Shown piece by piece: positions 26,421 to 40,339 of a stretch of DNA of 64,000 bases. The notes under the pieces are model-generated. The model had not been told where the DNA came from. It saw nothing but the letters and a program-made list of their open reading frames with translations, and did not search any database. Position 1 is the first letter of the stretch. Every line of letters starts with the position of its first letter. A program made the translations under genes and the position numbers. Origin of the DNA: Basidiobolus meristosporus CBS 931.73 (lineage: Eukaryota > Fungi > Basidiobolomycota); NCBI GenBank assembly GCA_002104905.1, contig MCFE01000175.1, positions 78,765-142,764 on the forward strand, given 5' to 3'.

Positions 26421-29400
26421 CCCTAGGAAAAATAATTTGGTCCTACAGGTGGATCCAACCTGGATCAGCCATCAGGATCCCACTCACAGACCATCATTAT
26501 ACCAGTACTTGGAATTAGTGACCTTCTGGACAATCTTATAACAGGATGACTACAGTGTATTGCTGATTTTACTGTCAAATAAAGTTATGAAACTTGACCA
26601 GGTTTGATTGATGCTGTGACAGTTATTGGATGGCATTGTTGCAGTCTTGTAGCGCTCTACAACAATTTCAAATGGATCTAACCAGCCAGGACATCCAATT
26701 GCCTTATATGGCAAAAAACTTAACAGTCTATCAATGGCCTGACAGCAAGAGTCAGAAGGCATTATTGAGGCAGTATGGAGGCATACAGTTAGCTTTGTAT
26801 AATGCCACCATACCAATTAACTTAATGGTATTTTGTTTTTCTACCACCCCTTGTACAATTCACATATTCCACTGTGAGATCACCCATCTTTATTTGCCTA
26901 CCCACTACAACCTTGGGTATTACACATATAGCTTGAGTCAAAAAAACTATGGCCTCCTGCTTACTAACCTCTACAAGCATGCAAACTTGCTGCAATTGAC
27001 ATACTTCTATCACCTCAACTTTACAGCTTTTTAGTGTGATACTTGCAAAGTTGCCATATACCTTGTACTGCTGGTAACATATAGATCTTGCAAACATATG
27101 CTTGGTTGGTGCCACTTCTGCCATGAATACCTCCTGAAAATCCGCAAAGAGCTTCTTGGTATTTAGCTAATATATTCCTTCTTCCTGCTGGATTTTAGTC
27201 CCCCTTATAGGTGCGCTCTGGCTCCTGTTTGCATGAATTCTGAATTGAATGATGTAGAAGTTGGCTTGTGACCAAGAGAAACCCAGCATACCTTGGTAGA
27301 GCTTTCCTAATAAAATTTAGTTGCTTGTTGCACCCAACCCAACTTGCATTACTTAACTGATTATCCATGCATTGGGGCTGATTAGCTTCTTAATGCCATA
27401 GGCATAGGTGTCTCCATGTGTGCATCTGTCCTCAATATTTTCCAACTCTTCCTGGCTGTCCTCCATGTGCCAACTCATCACATCCATGATGGACTTGAAG
27501 ATAATATTCTTGATGAGATTGGATATGGTAGTACCGGCAAGTTGACTTGTCTTTGTATATCCCCACACATTTGCTCCATAGGAAACTCCCATAAGGTGAA
27601 GCAAGGACCAATATTCTCCACACACTGAGCAAGATGGAGTAGAGAATGGGTACAGTACCAGCAGAGATCTATGCGCTCAGCTTTATGTTTGTAGTATAGC
27701 CCTCAAATCCCATTACAAACTCCTCTCACAACAGCTGTAGATGTTTCAAGTTGGCATTAGTGAATTGCTTCTGGTTAAATATTCCTACAATCTCCACATA
27801 TGACTCCCAATGCTCCCAATGTACTCTTGGTGTGAACGGCTTTGGAACACCACTTGAATAAATACCTATCCAGTTCATCTAGTCTTTGCATTTGTATTGT
27901 TGAGTATGCGTATGAATATTGATTGGAGCCTGTGAGAAGTACCTAGGGTGGTGGATACTTTGTAATATCTTGCCAATTCTTTCAAATTTCTCTGGTATCC
28001 CAAAAGGCTCATTTTGCTTGAAATGCTGCTTATATAACTTGGTCATTAGTATAGGAATATTGCTGAAAAGCAGATGCATTGCTCCCTGTGGAAAGTTTTT
28101 GCTCCAGCAGATGCCCACTATCTTAAGTATCTCCAGTTTCCAGTTGATTCTGTATTCCAGTCAATGGCTTATGGCTTGCCAACTTTGCTGCAATTGCATG
28201 CTGACTTCTGTATGTTCTCTCTGTGGGAAGATGATGCTCTTAGTGTTGGTGTTTGGGTAATAATAATGTGTGTGAGTTATGGAGTAAATCCCCTGGATCT
28301 CACACATTTGACAGCAATGCCATCCATTGTGCCTAAAAAAAACCTGCTATTTTGCAGATAGCTGGGGTATCACCAATGCAGATAATTAGATGTGCATTTA
28401 GATATCAGGCATTTACTGTCATCCCACGGGAAAGCATAAATATTCATCCAGCAATGGATACAGGTAGCTATCCAGGTTGGACAGTAATTTAGGTCCAGAT
28501 ACCAGCAAGACTACCATCAGATTTTTGCTCTGATATGTGGTAATGGAAAGTATTCCATTACTACAATATCTCTAAACCAATATTGCACTCATTTCTTTAT
28601 TTTGCTTTTTGCTATCGTAACATACAAGAGAAAGATCAAGAATTTCCAACTTTGAAGAGCAAATGCTCCAGACCCTGACAAGCAATCCACCCAAGAATAT
28701 TATGTCATACAGAACACGTAGTAGCCAACACATGTTTCAAATTACAGCTCATTTGAAGCAGTACTTAAGGAGTTATGACCAAAAGAGTCCAACTATTATA
28801 TATACTATGCCTTATTGCTAGGATTACTATGGTGACTTTGATCGCGTGTAACTTTTGAACCAGCCAATCAAATCACGTGAGATTCTCACAGGTGCTGCGC
28901 CTATGTCCGATCTGCGCCACTGCAAAATTATAGCTTCGTATCACGTGTATTGCTTGCGCAATTACCCAAAAACTTTGATCCTTCAAAATTTTCATATATA
29001 TGACTTCCCCAGCTGAAAAATAAAGGGAGAGCCTCTCTTTCCAGAATCTCCACACTACGATTACAAGTTTAAAGGTTATAAGACTTCCCCTGCATCACTT
29101 GCACTGTTGAGTATTCTGACTTTGATTGGTACTACATCAGTAAAGAGACTGCAAAGCTCACAAGAATCCAATCTAAGTTCTACAAGAAACTACCACTTTT
29201 CTGTCGGAAAAGTCCCCTCTAAGAAACCCCTTTACTCTAAAGACACCCCTTTAGACACCCCTTTAGTCTAAAGACCCCTTTAGAGACCCCTTTAAGAAAC
29301 CCCTTTACTCTAAAGAAGCCCCTTTAGGCACCCCTTTAGTGTAAAGTCCACTTTAGAGACCACTACAAGAAGCCCCTTTACTCTAAAGACACCCCTTTAG

Positions 29401-30325
29401 ACACCCCTTTAGGTCTAAAGACCCCTTTAGAGACTTCTATAACACACCCCTTTAGGTTAAAGGGGAGTTCAGAGTTTCCATATTAGGAAATATTTTCTCA
29501 GAAAGGAAAGTGACTTCCAAATAAGGAAAAGTTACTATAAAAGTAAATAAGCCCATTAGTCGACAGAAGGTCAGAACACTGCTGTAGAAGTGATAAACAC
29601 TGCCTACAGTATATTTTGAGCCCAAGATTGAGGAAATTAGTGAAAGTTATATCTTCTAACGGTATATCAAACTCCCAATAAATTATTTCAGTATTAGCAT
29701 ACTGGAAGTTGTTGTATATTGTTGATTAGCCTCTACATTGTAGAACAAGCCCCAAACTAATCATAATACAACACAACAGATATTGTAAGATAGGTGGCAG
29801 ATTCAGATTGATGAGAATTAGTGGCCAGCAGGATGTGCTGGTAGAGTACTTGTTTAATGAGAATCCATCCAGTGATAAGGCAAAGGCATGGTCATATACA
29901 TTTTCAGAGTAGCCTTTGCTTCTTAGCTGTTTTTGATGTTTGTCATCAAATATACTGGGCATGTTTGAACTTGATTGATACTTAGTGTGGTACTGAATAG
30001 CTTTGCATTATTTGTTGAACCACATAAGCTTCTATAGACAGGGTATTATTGGAATGTATCTGGAGTGTGAACAATATTTTCCCTTAATGGTGGTGAATTC
30101 TTGACAATTTGGACACATTTCAATGGTAGCATTTCTGGATGTGAATGCCATGCAACTGTCAACACATGCTGGAATCAGGACAGTCTCTGGGTCACATGTT
30201 GCCAGCCACATGACAGTTGTCCACTCATAGCATATTCATGGTAAGTTGTATCCTGGTATGATTTTGGCAAGAAGTAGTAATAAATCCTCAAAGCCCCTGC
30301 TACTAATATCAGTGAAAACAGTCAA
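26421..30325 (-). mobile_element. CMC-like right terminus plus decayed transposase, split by a family B solo LTR
   Basis: TIR CCCTAGGAAAAAT at 26421; LALSLDGF..SCWPLILINLNLPP|QSKNLMVV..GPK continues across the insertion. Confidence 0.85.
28536..29778 (+). mobile_element. Solo LTR, family B (1243 bp), 4-bp TSD GATA
   Basis: TG..CA ends; GATA at 28532-28535 and 29779-29782; excision restores the host frame LQYQSK; internal AAGACACCCCTTTAG-type repeats at 29215-29460. Confidence 0.9.
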
Positions 30326-30811
30326 TTAGTATTTCTGCTGTAACACTCTAGTTCCATGACTCTAGCAGGAACCCAATGGCTTTATGCCACTGTTCATTCA
30401 CTGTTTCCCACACATCCTGGTCTTCAGTCTGCACTTCAAGGTTTAGCACCTCATCTGCCAGTCTTTGCAATAAATCCAGGCAATATTCTAGTGCATTTTC
30501 TTGTGCACTACTCTTAAAGAAGTGCTCCAACCTTTTGGTGTGCCTATTAATGTTCCAAAATTCTACTGAAGGCATTGTAATAGTCTTTTGAGTTCTTAAC
30601 ATTGTAGCCTTGCATGTCAGTTGGATCTCCACGCTGTCAACAATGGAGTATGTGGAGGCTGTGGTAGTCAAATTACCTTTCTCTGAAGACTCATCTACCT
30701 TGCTGGAGTGTAGCTCAACTGCCTGTGCTTCCAACTCTTGTGAAAACAGCTGTTTTTTTGTTGGTAATGCTTCTTGGCTATGATGGGATTCAGTCTGTTC
30801 CAGGCTTACGG

Positions 30812-31614
30812 TGTGGTAGGGTAAACATACCTCCCACAGACAAGTTTACTCATATAGTCATTATGATATACTTATCCATATTTTATCTTATCAGTATTAT
30901 CCCATTCATCTTTTGCCCATATTATCAGTATTATCCCCATATGATGTTTACCCTGATTAGTTATTAGCATTAGTTATCCCAGATGTTATTCAGCTTTGTG
31001 ATCATTATATGTATCTACATATGGCAAGTACCGCATCACTACCCATGACACATGACCTAGGTCTGTGTTACCATCCCTACCATTTCAATACCATATATGG
31101 TATTTCCATGTTGTTCAGGTTTCAGACTACTGATTCCTGATTGGTTGGATGTGCTGTGCCTTTTAGAACCTTCCAGGACATTCTTGGCATATTTTTAGCT
31201 CATAGTGATGTCATCAAGAATTCCACTGATGCCTAGAATCTTCTAGAACCTTGTCATTAGTAATCACTTGGCAATCAGGAAAAGTATTTAAGGGAAAGCA
31301 ATCTCTCATCAATATATCATCCCTTCTATCAGTAACACTTCTACCTTATTGATTAGCAGTTGATCACTGCACCTGCCTTCAACAGTACATCTCAGATCTG
31401 CCATCAAGGAGCTTTTCAGGGTAGTGGACAAGACACACAGAGGCCTTTGGAGACACTTGGAGCACCTAGGAAGCTAGAGAAGCAGGAGCTTTTACCATAG
31501 TAAAATATTGACAAAGACACCAGCAGTTTAGACACAGAGGTTATTGCACCCATCAGACTCCTCACACACCTTGAGTTGTGTAGCTTCTCCCAGGAGTACC
31601 TCTACACCACCACA
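30812..31614 (+). mobile_element. Solo LTR, family A (803 bp), 4-bp TSD ACGG
   Basis: TGTGGTAG..CCACCACA; ACGG at 30808-30811 and 31615-31618; the flanks rejoin to match the empty site at about 12780. Confidence 0.9.
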
Positions 31615-34600
31615 ACGGTGTTAATTATCAAGAACTGCTGCTTTTTTTGCATGCTTCTCTTTCTCAGGATTGGGTAGACATTTTCCCCTTACCTTTTCCT
31701 TTCTCACTACCAGGTCTCACACTGCTACTTTGAGTTTTTCTTGAAATGAGCTACATTTTCTCCTTGATAAATTCTGCTCTGATGCATCTGTTTTGGCCTC
31801 CTTGTCCCTTGCTGGTACTCTTCTGGCAACCTGATGCTTCTTGGTCACTTGTCTTGAGCTCTCAGTCATAGTTGTTACAGGCCCCTGAGAAAGCTGCTAG
31901 CTTCTATCACTGTCAGGTCCTTCACTACTACTATAACTGAGTGCTTCTTGAGTACTACTACGCTCCTTCCTTGAGGAATGTTGTGCTGGTGTATCTGTGT
32001 TGGCCTGCCTTTCCCTTATTGGCACTCTTCCAGCTACCTGACATCTCTTTGATGCTTGTTTGGATCTTTCAACACTTGTTGTATCCAAGAGAAAAGTGTA
32101 ATAAAACTCTTGAATGAGTTAACTGAACCTAAGTGGCAACTAAGTGCAGAAACTTAGAATTGTCAAGAGTGCCAGAAATATTAGCAGAGAGTTCTGTTCA
32201 AATATTGGTCTTATATATAGCTGAGTTGGGCTATAAAGGCAACAGAGTAGGTTTGCTATGCAGGCTAGGCTTGGTGTTCTTGAGAGTGCTAGATATACTA
32301 AGCTTGGATAGAAACTAGAATGGATTTGTCAAATTCTTGATTTTATTGAGACACACATCAAACCAAAAGGTTCAGTAGACTTTGCTTATACATTTCTGAT
32401 TGAGTTACATTAGTAAGCACCAAGAGACTGGACTAATTGAAATCTGTTGGGGTGTTGCTAGGTGCATAAGATAAATGAAAAATTGCATCATTAATCAGCT
32501 GATGTCTTGGCAACTGCTAAGTGGTTGGATAAATCTCAGATGACTAATCACTTGGAAAGGCTTAGCAGATCAGTTGAGGACGTAATGTGCACATGAAAAT
32601 TGATCAGGTGGGACAGCCAAAAAAAGATTCCGAGAAGTGATAAAATAAACCATAACAGGGATTAGTTATGTTTGGGTTAGGAAAAATCAGTTAGGGTACT
32701 AGATTTTCTAATGGAGTGATATTGGCCAAGTTTTAAATGTTGATGCACAACAAAACTGCTTCAAACAGGCTCTTGAGGAAGCTGCTGGTTTTTAGCCATG
32801 GCTCCCTTGTTCTTCTGCCATTCTTGAGATACTTTCTTAGCATTCCAGTGCTGGCCCAAAATCTGTTTGCCCAGTTGAATCCAGGATAATGCTCATGGCA
32901 CAAGTCAAGCGCATTCTGCTTGGCCTTGAGTTCCTGATGTACCCATGATATGATGGCCTAAAGGTGATAGTGTGCTAGACTTCTGACAGCCATGTAAATA
33001 GTAGCCCACTCCTCATTATTGCACTCAGCAGCTTCACAAATCTTCAATGTCTTTTGATTTTTAGGCTTTGGTATAAATGCTACATTCTCTCCCACATGTG
33101 TTGAGATAGGTTTTTCTGTGGGTTTTATCTTTGGGCACTGTTGTTGTGCTTCACAGACTGTACGGTGATCCTCTGCTGTTACATTGGGAAATGGCTCAAA
33201 TCTTGCCTGGGACATTGAGCTACTTGAGCTCTTAGTTTACAGCAACAAGACTGCTTTCTCTACCTGAGATATTGACTGCTCTACAAATACTATCTGCTCA
33301 TCCTGTTTCTGGACTATTTCCTGAGTTTTCTGGGCCATTGCATCTATCCTATCAACTACTGCACCTAATTACCTCATTGAAGCTTTAGTATGAGCTGACA
33401 GCATACTTGCTAATATGGGTGGTGGTGTTGTTATGACAGCAACTTGCTGGTCTTCAACTGAAGGTACTGCATTTGCAACACTCTGAACTGCCTGAGCATA
33501 ACAGTCAGTTTGCGGCTGTGCAGAGGTTCTCAATTGCCCATTTGACTGAGAGCTAGAGGAGTCCACAGTTTTACCTTCAGTGGGCACAGAGTCAATATGG
33601 CCTTTTTTGGATGTAGCCCTGCTTGTTGCACTGAATGTCAAATCAAGCTGTTGTCCAACCATTCTTCTGCTGCAATCAGTGGTGGGGCTTGGTTGGAAAT
33701 TGGACAACTTTGCTTTATTCTTTGACCGCATATATGTGGAAGTGAGTAAATCCTAGGGGGAAATAGCATTACATATATGTGGGTATGTGGTGCCATAACT
33801 TTATTTATAAAACTTACTGTGATGGGTTATCATTGAATTTTACACTCATGTAGGTACAATGCCTCAAGTACAAGACTGTCAGAAATTCTCATTAGTATTG
33901 ACCAAAAAGGGATATATTAGTGTTATGTTTTTGAAGTTCACACTGTTTGCCCCATGGACAAGACTACTTTGATTCAACACCATAAGAGAAGAGAATAAAG
34001 GCCATGTGGCTATTGTAGCTAGCCTCTCAGCCATGAAGCATACCCACAGAATAGGAAGTATTACAATGATCATGGCCAGTGTTTTGCTACACTAGTCATA
34101 TTTGACCATCCATCTGTCACTACTGTACCAACATTATCTTGCTGGCTAGCTGTTACTTCTATATTGGCACCTGGCTGTCTTTGTAACCATGCGCAAACTG
34201 AGTCAGATGAGTTTGTGTTGCCTTTAGGCTCACCTCAGACTTCTGAATATGGTGCGCAGAGTGATAGTTCTGACAAAGTAGGCTCACCAATGAATAGTGG
34301 GCCTATCTCCCCAAACAACAGTACCATGTATGAGCCCAGTCAAATCCTAATATGCAAAGAGAGAACAACAATTGAAACAAATGCCAAGGATACTTTATGG
34401 AGCCAAGTTAGCCTAGTAATCTATCTACTGGTGACTGATGTAATGTTGTGGCTAGAGAAGTGGTGTGTTTCCACTAATACCAGTAATGGGGGCTTTGAGG
34501 ATTTACTACTACATCTTGCCAAAATCATTCTGGGATGCAAATTATAGCTTATATGTTACAAGTGAGTAACTGTCATGCAGCTGGCAACATATGACCCAAA

Positions 34601-35898
34601 GACTCTCCTAATTTCAGCATTTGTTAGTAGTTGCATGGCATTCACATCCAAAAATGCCACCATTGTAACATGTCTAAATTGTCAGGAATCCACCACCATA
34701 GAGGGAAAATATCATTCACATTGCAGATATATTCTATTAATACCCTGTCTAGAGAAGCCCATGCAGTCCAGCAAATACTGCAAAGCTATAAAGTACTGCA
34801 CTTGGTATCAATCAAGCTCAAACATATCCAATTTATTCTGTGGCAAACATTACAAACAGCTAAGAAGCAAGGGCTACATTCAAGGTAAATATGACCATGT
34901 CTTTACCTTAGCATCAGAAGGATTCTCATTAAGAAAGTACTATACCAGCAAATCCTGCTGGCCACTGATTCTCATCAACCTGAATCTGCTGCCTATCATA
35001 TGGTATCAGAGCAAAAATCTGATGGTAGTCTCACTGGTATTGGGGCCTAAATCACTCTCCAACCTGGATAGCTATCTGTAACCAGTGCTGGATAAACTTT
35101 TATGCTTTTCAGCAGGATAACAGTCAAAGGCTGCCATATCAAAGCATATGTCAATAGAATTGTTCCATCGTACCGTGCCAGGGTGCGCGGCGCGATCCGC
35201 GGTTGCAAAGAACAATCGGGCGCAATATTATAGCTACCAGAAGGCAGGATCGTTCTTGGACGATTTTGCACTATGCGGGACAATCTCGCACACTATGGCA
35301 CAATCTGACACAATGAGGTTGGCGCGGATGATTGCGCCAACTTGTAATGATTGCATCACGTGCGCGATCGGATACCGCTATAATGGCAGGTAAAATCCGG
35401 TATTTGGATATGTTTCTTTAATGTAAATGGAAATAAATGTGTATCACACTATAAACTACACTGATACTTACCATTTTGGCTACCCTCACTCCAATTGGAC
35501 GGTATCTCAGTGGTTAATTGGTCCAAAAGTATCCTGAAGCTGGCAGCCCCCAATTGGCTCATTGACTACTGAAAAAGCTACCTGATTTGCCATCAAATAT
35601 CCCATTTTGCCCATTGAGCAAGTAAATCCCTGATCCTAGTGATTGGGCAAGGTGTCATAGCTAGCACTCAAGCGATTGTGTAGGTGCAAAACAGATCCAA
35701 TAGCTGCACTGGTATTACAGATGATGTATATATATGCAGGGTGTTTATTTATAGGGGTTCTGTCTCAAATGTGAGACAACCTTGATATTACTTATATCAA
35801 AAATTTGATGATCACTGATTTGCAATGGCTCGATTCGGATCGCAAAAAAAAAGGGTTGTCGGGATCATTACAAATGTGAGCAATTCAAAGCAATCGCA

Positions 35899-37155
35899 TC
35901 ATCTTCTCCTGGGTTTTTTTCTCACAGGGATTACTACTGAAGCATTTGGTAGTGACTCACTTTGCACACCTATACTACTTCCTGGCTGACTATCATCTTG
36001 GCTACTTGTGTATTTGTAGTCAGTATTTTGCCTCCTAGTTGATGAGTGCAATGCTGCAGCTTGGCCGCGCTGAATTGCTCCGACTGAACCAACTGAACCA
36101 ACTGAACCGGCCTGTAGTGCCATGCGCTGACGCGTTCTTTTACTTGCCAAGGGCTCTGGTGGTTGAGTCACTTCATGTTGGTCATCATCAGTCAGTTCAC
36201 CATAAGTAACTCGCTGATGGTCAGGCAAAACGGCATGCGCAGGCACGCCTTGACGCGTTGAGATGGCCCTTGGCTGAGTTTGATGTGATGCTGCATGTTG
36301 ACGCGACTCGGTCTGCTCCAATGGACTTGTGTCTAAATGAGCAGTTTGGCGAGTTCTGGTAGTTTTGCTCTGAAGCACGCGCGTTGACTCGACGCGCGTT
36401 GACTTGACGCGGGGCGTTCTGGTAAAGGGTGTTGGCGTGGTCTGGACTGATGTGCGCCGGTGCGCTGTGGTTGCAAGAGATGGTAGGGAATCCAGCAAGG
36501 CGTGCTGGCGTGATCTGGACAATGTTGCTCGCGGTCTGTATTCTTCCTCCTGAAGCTCACCATCTGATTCCTCAAGGTATTCACTTACCCTCTGTCTGAT
36601 ACTTTGGAGCTGTTGCCTGGATGAGTCCTGTGTATATTGCTCTCGGAAGCCACTTAGCTCTACTAATATATCACGTAGTACATTAGTCATTTGAGGCAAA
36701 AACTCATTCAAAATCTCTTTGGTTCCCAAAGTTGAGGCACGAACGGACGCGTCCGGCCCGTACTGTGCAAATTGCGCGCGAAATTGTTCCCGCATGGCTT
36801 CCTCATCAAATCCCCTCACTCTCAGCTTATTCTTGATTTCAATACTTGTCTTGTTATATATCTTTTTACATACATCGGCTGGCATCTTGATGTAGAACTC
36901 ATGCCACAGCTTTCTACTCAAATTCTTCCATCTTTGTCAACTCTCTGAGGTATCTAGTTCTGCTAGATTAATCAGTAGTGCCCAAATATCTGTATGAAGG
37001 CTCATCATAGACACTTGGGCCATACTAAAATCATTTGGCAAGAACTCAAACGGATCCGACATTGACTTTTCCGGTCCGGACCACGCTTGTGAGCTGGGGG
37101 ATGGGTTTTGTCTGGGTTGTACTAAAGATGAGTTGAGGCTTGGTATGGGGACCAT
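35899..37155 (-). pseudogene. Accessory (putative DNA-binding) gene of the PHIS element, one in-frame TGA at 36937-36939
   Basis: Track ORFs 36937-37155 and 35899-36921 share a frame (SES*QRWKNLSRKLW); RWKNL is reminiscent of Myb/SANT-like domains; low-complexity middle; C-terminal NLS-like RKKPRRR. True start uncertain. Confidence 0.65.
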
Positions 37156-37514
37156 AGCAACGGATTTGGATACTTATACAGCAGTATATTGGCATCAACC
37201 TGGTCTTATATGAAATATATATGAAAACTAAAGTGATTGTTGAATTTTCCATATATTATGCATGATGCATCTTGGATCGCGTTGACACGGATCAGATCAC
37301 ATCAATCGCAGATTTCCTATTTGATTATAGACCTATGATTAAAGCATCAATAAAAGTACCAAGGCATTGTTTGCGGATGATTTTTGCAACATAATGATGG
37401 GATACATGGCAATTGATGGAGATTTAACCATAATGTGTTAAAAATCAGATAAATAACGCAGATCGCGCCGAATCAATTCAAACCGCCTCCATACGATCAT
37501 CCATCAATTTTAAT

Positions 37515-38399
37515 ATGACTTACTCATCTGAATGGTCTTTTCTCATCAATCCCATCACTACCACTGGATTTCCTTTTGACACACTGGAGGAGATCTATTC
37601 CTAGTACTGTGGACCATCAACCCCAATCTACTTAAGGAGATCCCTTGTTAAGCTTCTCTGCTATTACAAGAACTATTGCCCTACAAGGTCTCATCCCACC
37701 ATCCATGGCAACAAAAGTCCTAGAAGCTTTCATTCCCAGCTGACAGCAATGGAGAACCACCTTGCAGAGGGTATGAATGACTTAGAGCAAGCTTGGAATA
37801 CTAGGTTCAGAAGCTCCAATAGACTTCCATATCCCAGAGTGTTCAGCAACAGGTTCCATATCAGGAGTGTTTTGGATACCTTCCCAGTGAGGATTAACAG
37901 ACCTTCTAGAGGGCAGAGGCACTTTTATTCTGGCAAGTACAAGGCACACTGTGTGAAGTTTCAAGCACTGTCTGACATTGAGGGTAACATCATCTGGTTT
38001 AGTGGGCCATTTGCTGGAAGTAGGCATGACAAAGCACTCTGGGTAGAGAATCATCCTGAATTCAGTAGAGGGGAGAAATGTATGGCAGACTTGGCCTATA
38101 TAGGAGAGGATTGTCAGAGATTAGGATGTATTACAGCTTATAGGAAGCCAAGGAATGGTGTGCTTAGCAGGAAGCAGAAGCTCTACAATGAGATATTTAA
38201 TCATTTCAGAGTAAGGGTAGAGCACACATTTGGATATCTGAAGAGATTCAGCATATTGGCAGGTAAATACAGAGGAAAGTCATATATAGGAGAAAACAGC
38301 AGAATAGGTAAAATAGTTAAGATACTTATCAATGCACAGTATGTTCATACAAGAAGACATCCACTGAGAGAAATGTGTCTGGAGCATTATGAAGAGTAA
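37515..38399 (+). pseudogene. DDE_Tnp_4 (IS5/ISL2/Harbinger-type) transposase, one in-frame TAG at 37602-37604
   Basis: ATG at 37515 is in frame with track ORF 37749; VLDTFPV, YSGKYKAHCVKFQ, GSRHD, MADLAYIG, RVRVEHTFGYLK; DDE triad present. Confidence 0.88.
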
Positions 38400-40339
38400 A
38401 TAAAGCAAGGAAAGCACTATTCTGAGCAACATAAGTAAGATTGAGTAAAATTACCAGTAACTGTATCATACCACTGGCATCATGGTAGAAATTATAGTGC
38501 CAGATAGTGCCGTAGAGTGCCAGATTGATCCGGCACTATAAACCGGCTGGCACTATGTGCCACTATCCAACAGAACAAGTCTAATATCTGCATTGGAGAC
38601 ACCTCAGCCATCAGCAAGCCAGCCGGCTTTTCTGTGCACAGTGGATGGTATTGCTGTTGAATGTGCAAGATCTAGGGGATTCATTCCATATCTGTCACAT
38701 ATTATTATTACCCAAACACCAACACTAGACACATGATCTTCCCGCAGCAAGAATGTACAGAAGTCAGCATGCAATTGCAGCAAAGCTTGAAAGCTATAAG
38801 CCAGTGGCCAGAATATGGAATCACTTCAAGACTGGAGATACCTAAGATAGAAGGTATCTATTGGAGCAAAAGCTTTCCACTGGGAGCAACACATCTGCTT
38901 TTCAATAACATGCTTAAACTAATGACTAAGTTGTACAAGGCGCATTTCAAGCTAAATGAGCCCTTTGAGATAGCAGAGAAATTTGAAAGAATTGGCAAGA
39001 TACTACAGAGTATCTGCTACTCTAAGTACTTCTCACAGGCTCCTCCCAACATTCATACATATACTCAATAATACAAATGCAAAGACTGGATTAACCAGAT
39101 ATGTATTTATTCAAGTGGTGTTCTGAAGCCATTCCCACTAGGAGTACATTGGAAGCATTGGGAGTCATATATTGACATTGTAGGAGTATACATCCAGAAG
39201 TAGATCACCAATGCCAACTTGACACATCTACAGCTGCTGTGCAAGGAGTTTGTAAAGGATTTGAGTGGCTATACTACAAACATAAAGCTGAATGCATAGA
39301 TCTCTGCCACTACTGTATCCATTTTCTACTCCATCTTGCTTGGCAAGTGGAGAATATAGGGTGTTGCTTCACCTGTTGGGAGTCTCCTATGGAGTGGAGG
39401 TGTGGGGAGATAGGAAGACAAGTTGCATGTACTACCATATCCCAATCTCATTAAGAATATTACCTTCAAGTCTGTGAAGGATCTGATGAGTTGGTACATG
39501 GTGGATAGCCCAGAAGAGTTGGAGAATACTGAGGACAGATGTGCACATGGAGACACCTATGCCCATGGCATTAGGAAGCTAAACAGCCCCACATCATGGG
39601 TAATCAGTTAAGTAATGCAAGTTGGGTTGAGTGCAACAAGCAACCAATTTTTATTAGGAATGCTCTACCAAAGTATGACAGGTTTCTCTTGGTTGCAAGA
39701 CACCATCTACATCATTCAATATGAAATTCACACAAACAAGAGCCAGAGCAAACCTATAAGAGGGACTAGAATCCAGCAGGGAGAAGGGATATATTGGCCA
39801 AATACCACAAAGTTCTTTGCGGATTTTCAGGAGGTATTCATGGTAGAAGTGGTGGCAACCAAGCATATGTTTGCAAGATGCATATGTTACCAGTAGTACA
39901 AGGTAAATGGCAACTTTGCAAGTATCACGCTACAAAGCTGTAAAGTTGAGGTAATAGAGGCATGTCAATTGCAGCAGGTGTGCACATTTGTAGAGGTAAG
40001 TAAGCAGGAGGCCATAGTTTTTTTTACTTGTATTTTATGGGGAATACCCAAGGTGGTAGTGGGTAAGCAAATTAAGAGGGGTGATTCTATAGTGGAATAT
40101 ATGAATAGCACAAGGGGAGATAGAAAAAGGAAATACAGTTTTGTAAATTGAAAAGGTGGCATTCTACAGAAGTAGCTATAGGCCACCATACTACCATTGT
40201 AGCACTATCAGAGGCTTGCAATGAGGCTATAAAAACACCATCAAATTATTTGCCATATATTGTAATTGGATGTGCTAGCCAGTTAGATCCACTCAAATAG
40301 TTGTAGAGGACATTGACACCACAGTAATGCCATGCCACC

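Larger units (their letters stand above)
35156..38582. mobile_element. Complete PIF/Harbinger-IS5-group (PHIS) DNA transposon, 3427 bp, TSD AAT, two divergent ORFs
   Basis: TIRs AGAATTGTTCCATCG / AGACTTGTTCTGTTG (11/15, three mismatches at CpG positions); AAT at 35153-35155 and 38583-38585; excision restores host KAYVNICIG; TAGTGCCA/TGGCACTA subterminal repeats at 38495-38565. Confidence 0.88.
30325..40330. mobile_element. Largest CMC/EnSpm-like copy: ORF A (-), transposase (+, 34164-35152 and 38586-40330), carrying two nested insertions
   Basis: YDPK..CMAF..C..C; SCWPLILINLNL; GPKSLSNLDSYL; resumes ICIGDTSAISK after 38585; ATHLLFNN; LLHLAW..CWESP. Confidence 0.88.

Noticed and set aside
29215-29460. 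Short spaced repeats resembling a CRISPR array
   Set aside because: Irregular degenerate AAGACACCCCTTTAG repeats inside the family B LTR (also at about 6350-6420 and 10630-10820); no unique spacers or cas genes, and the context is eukaryotic.
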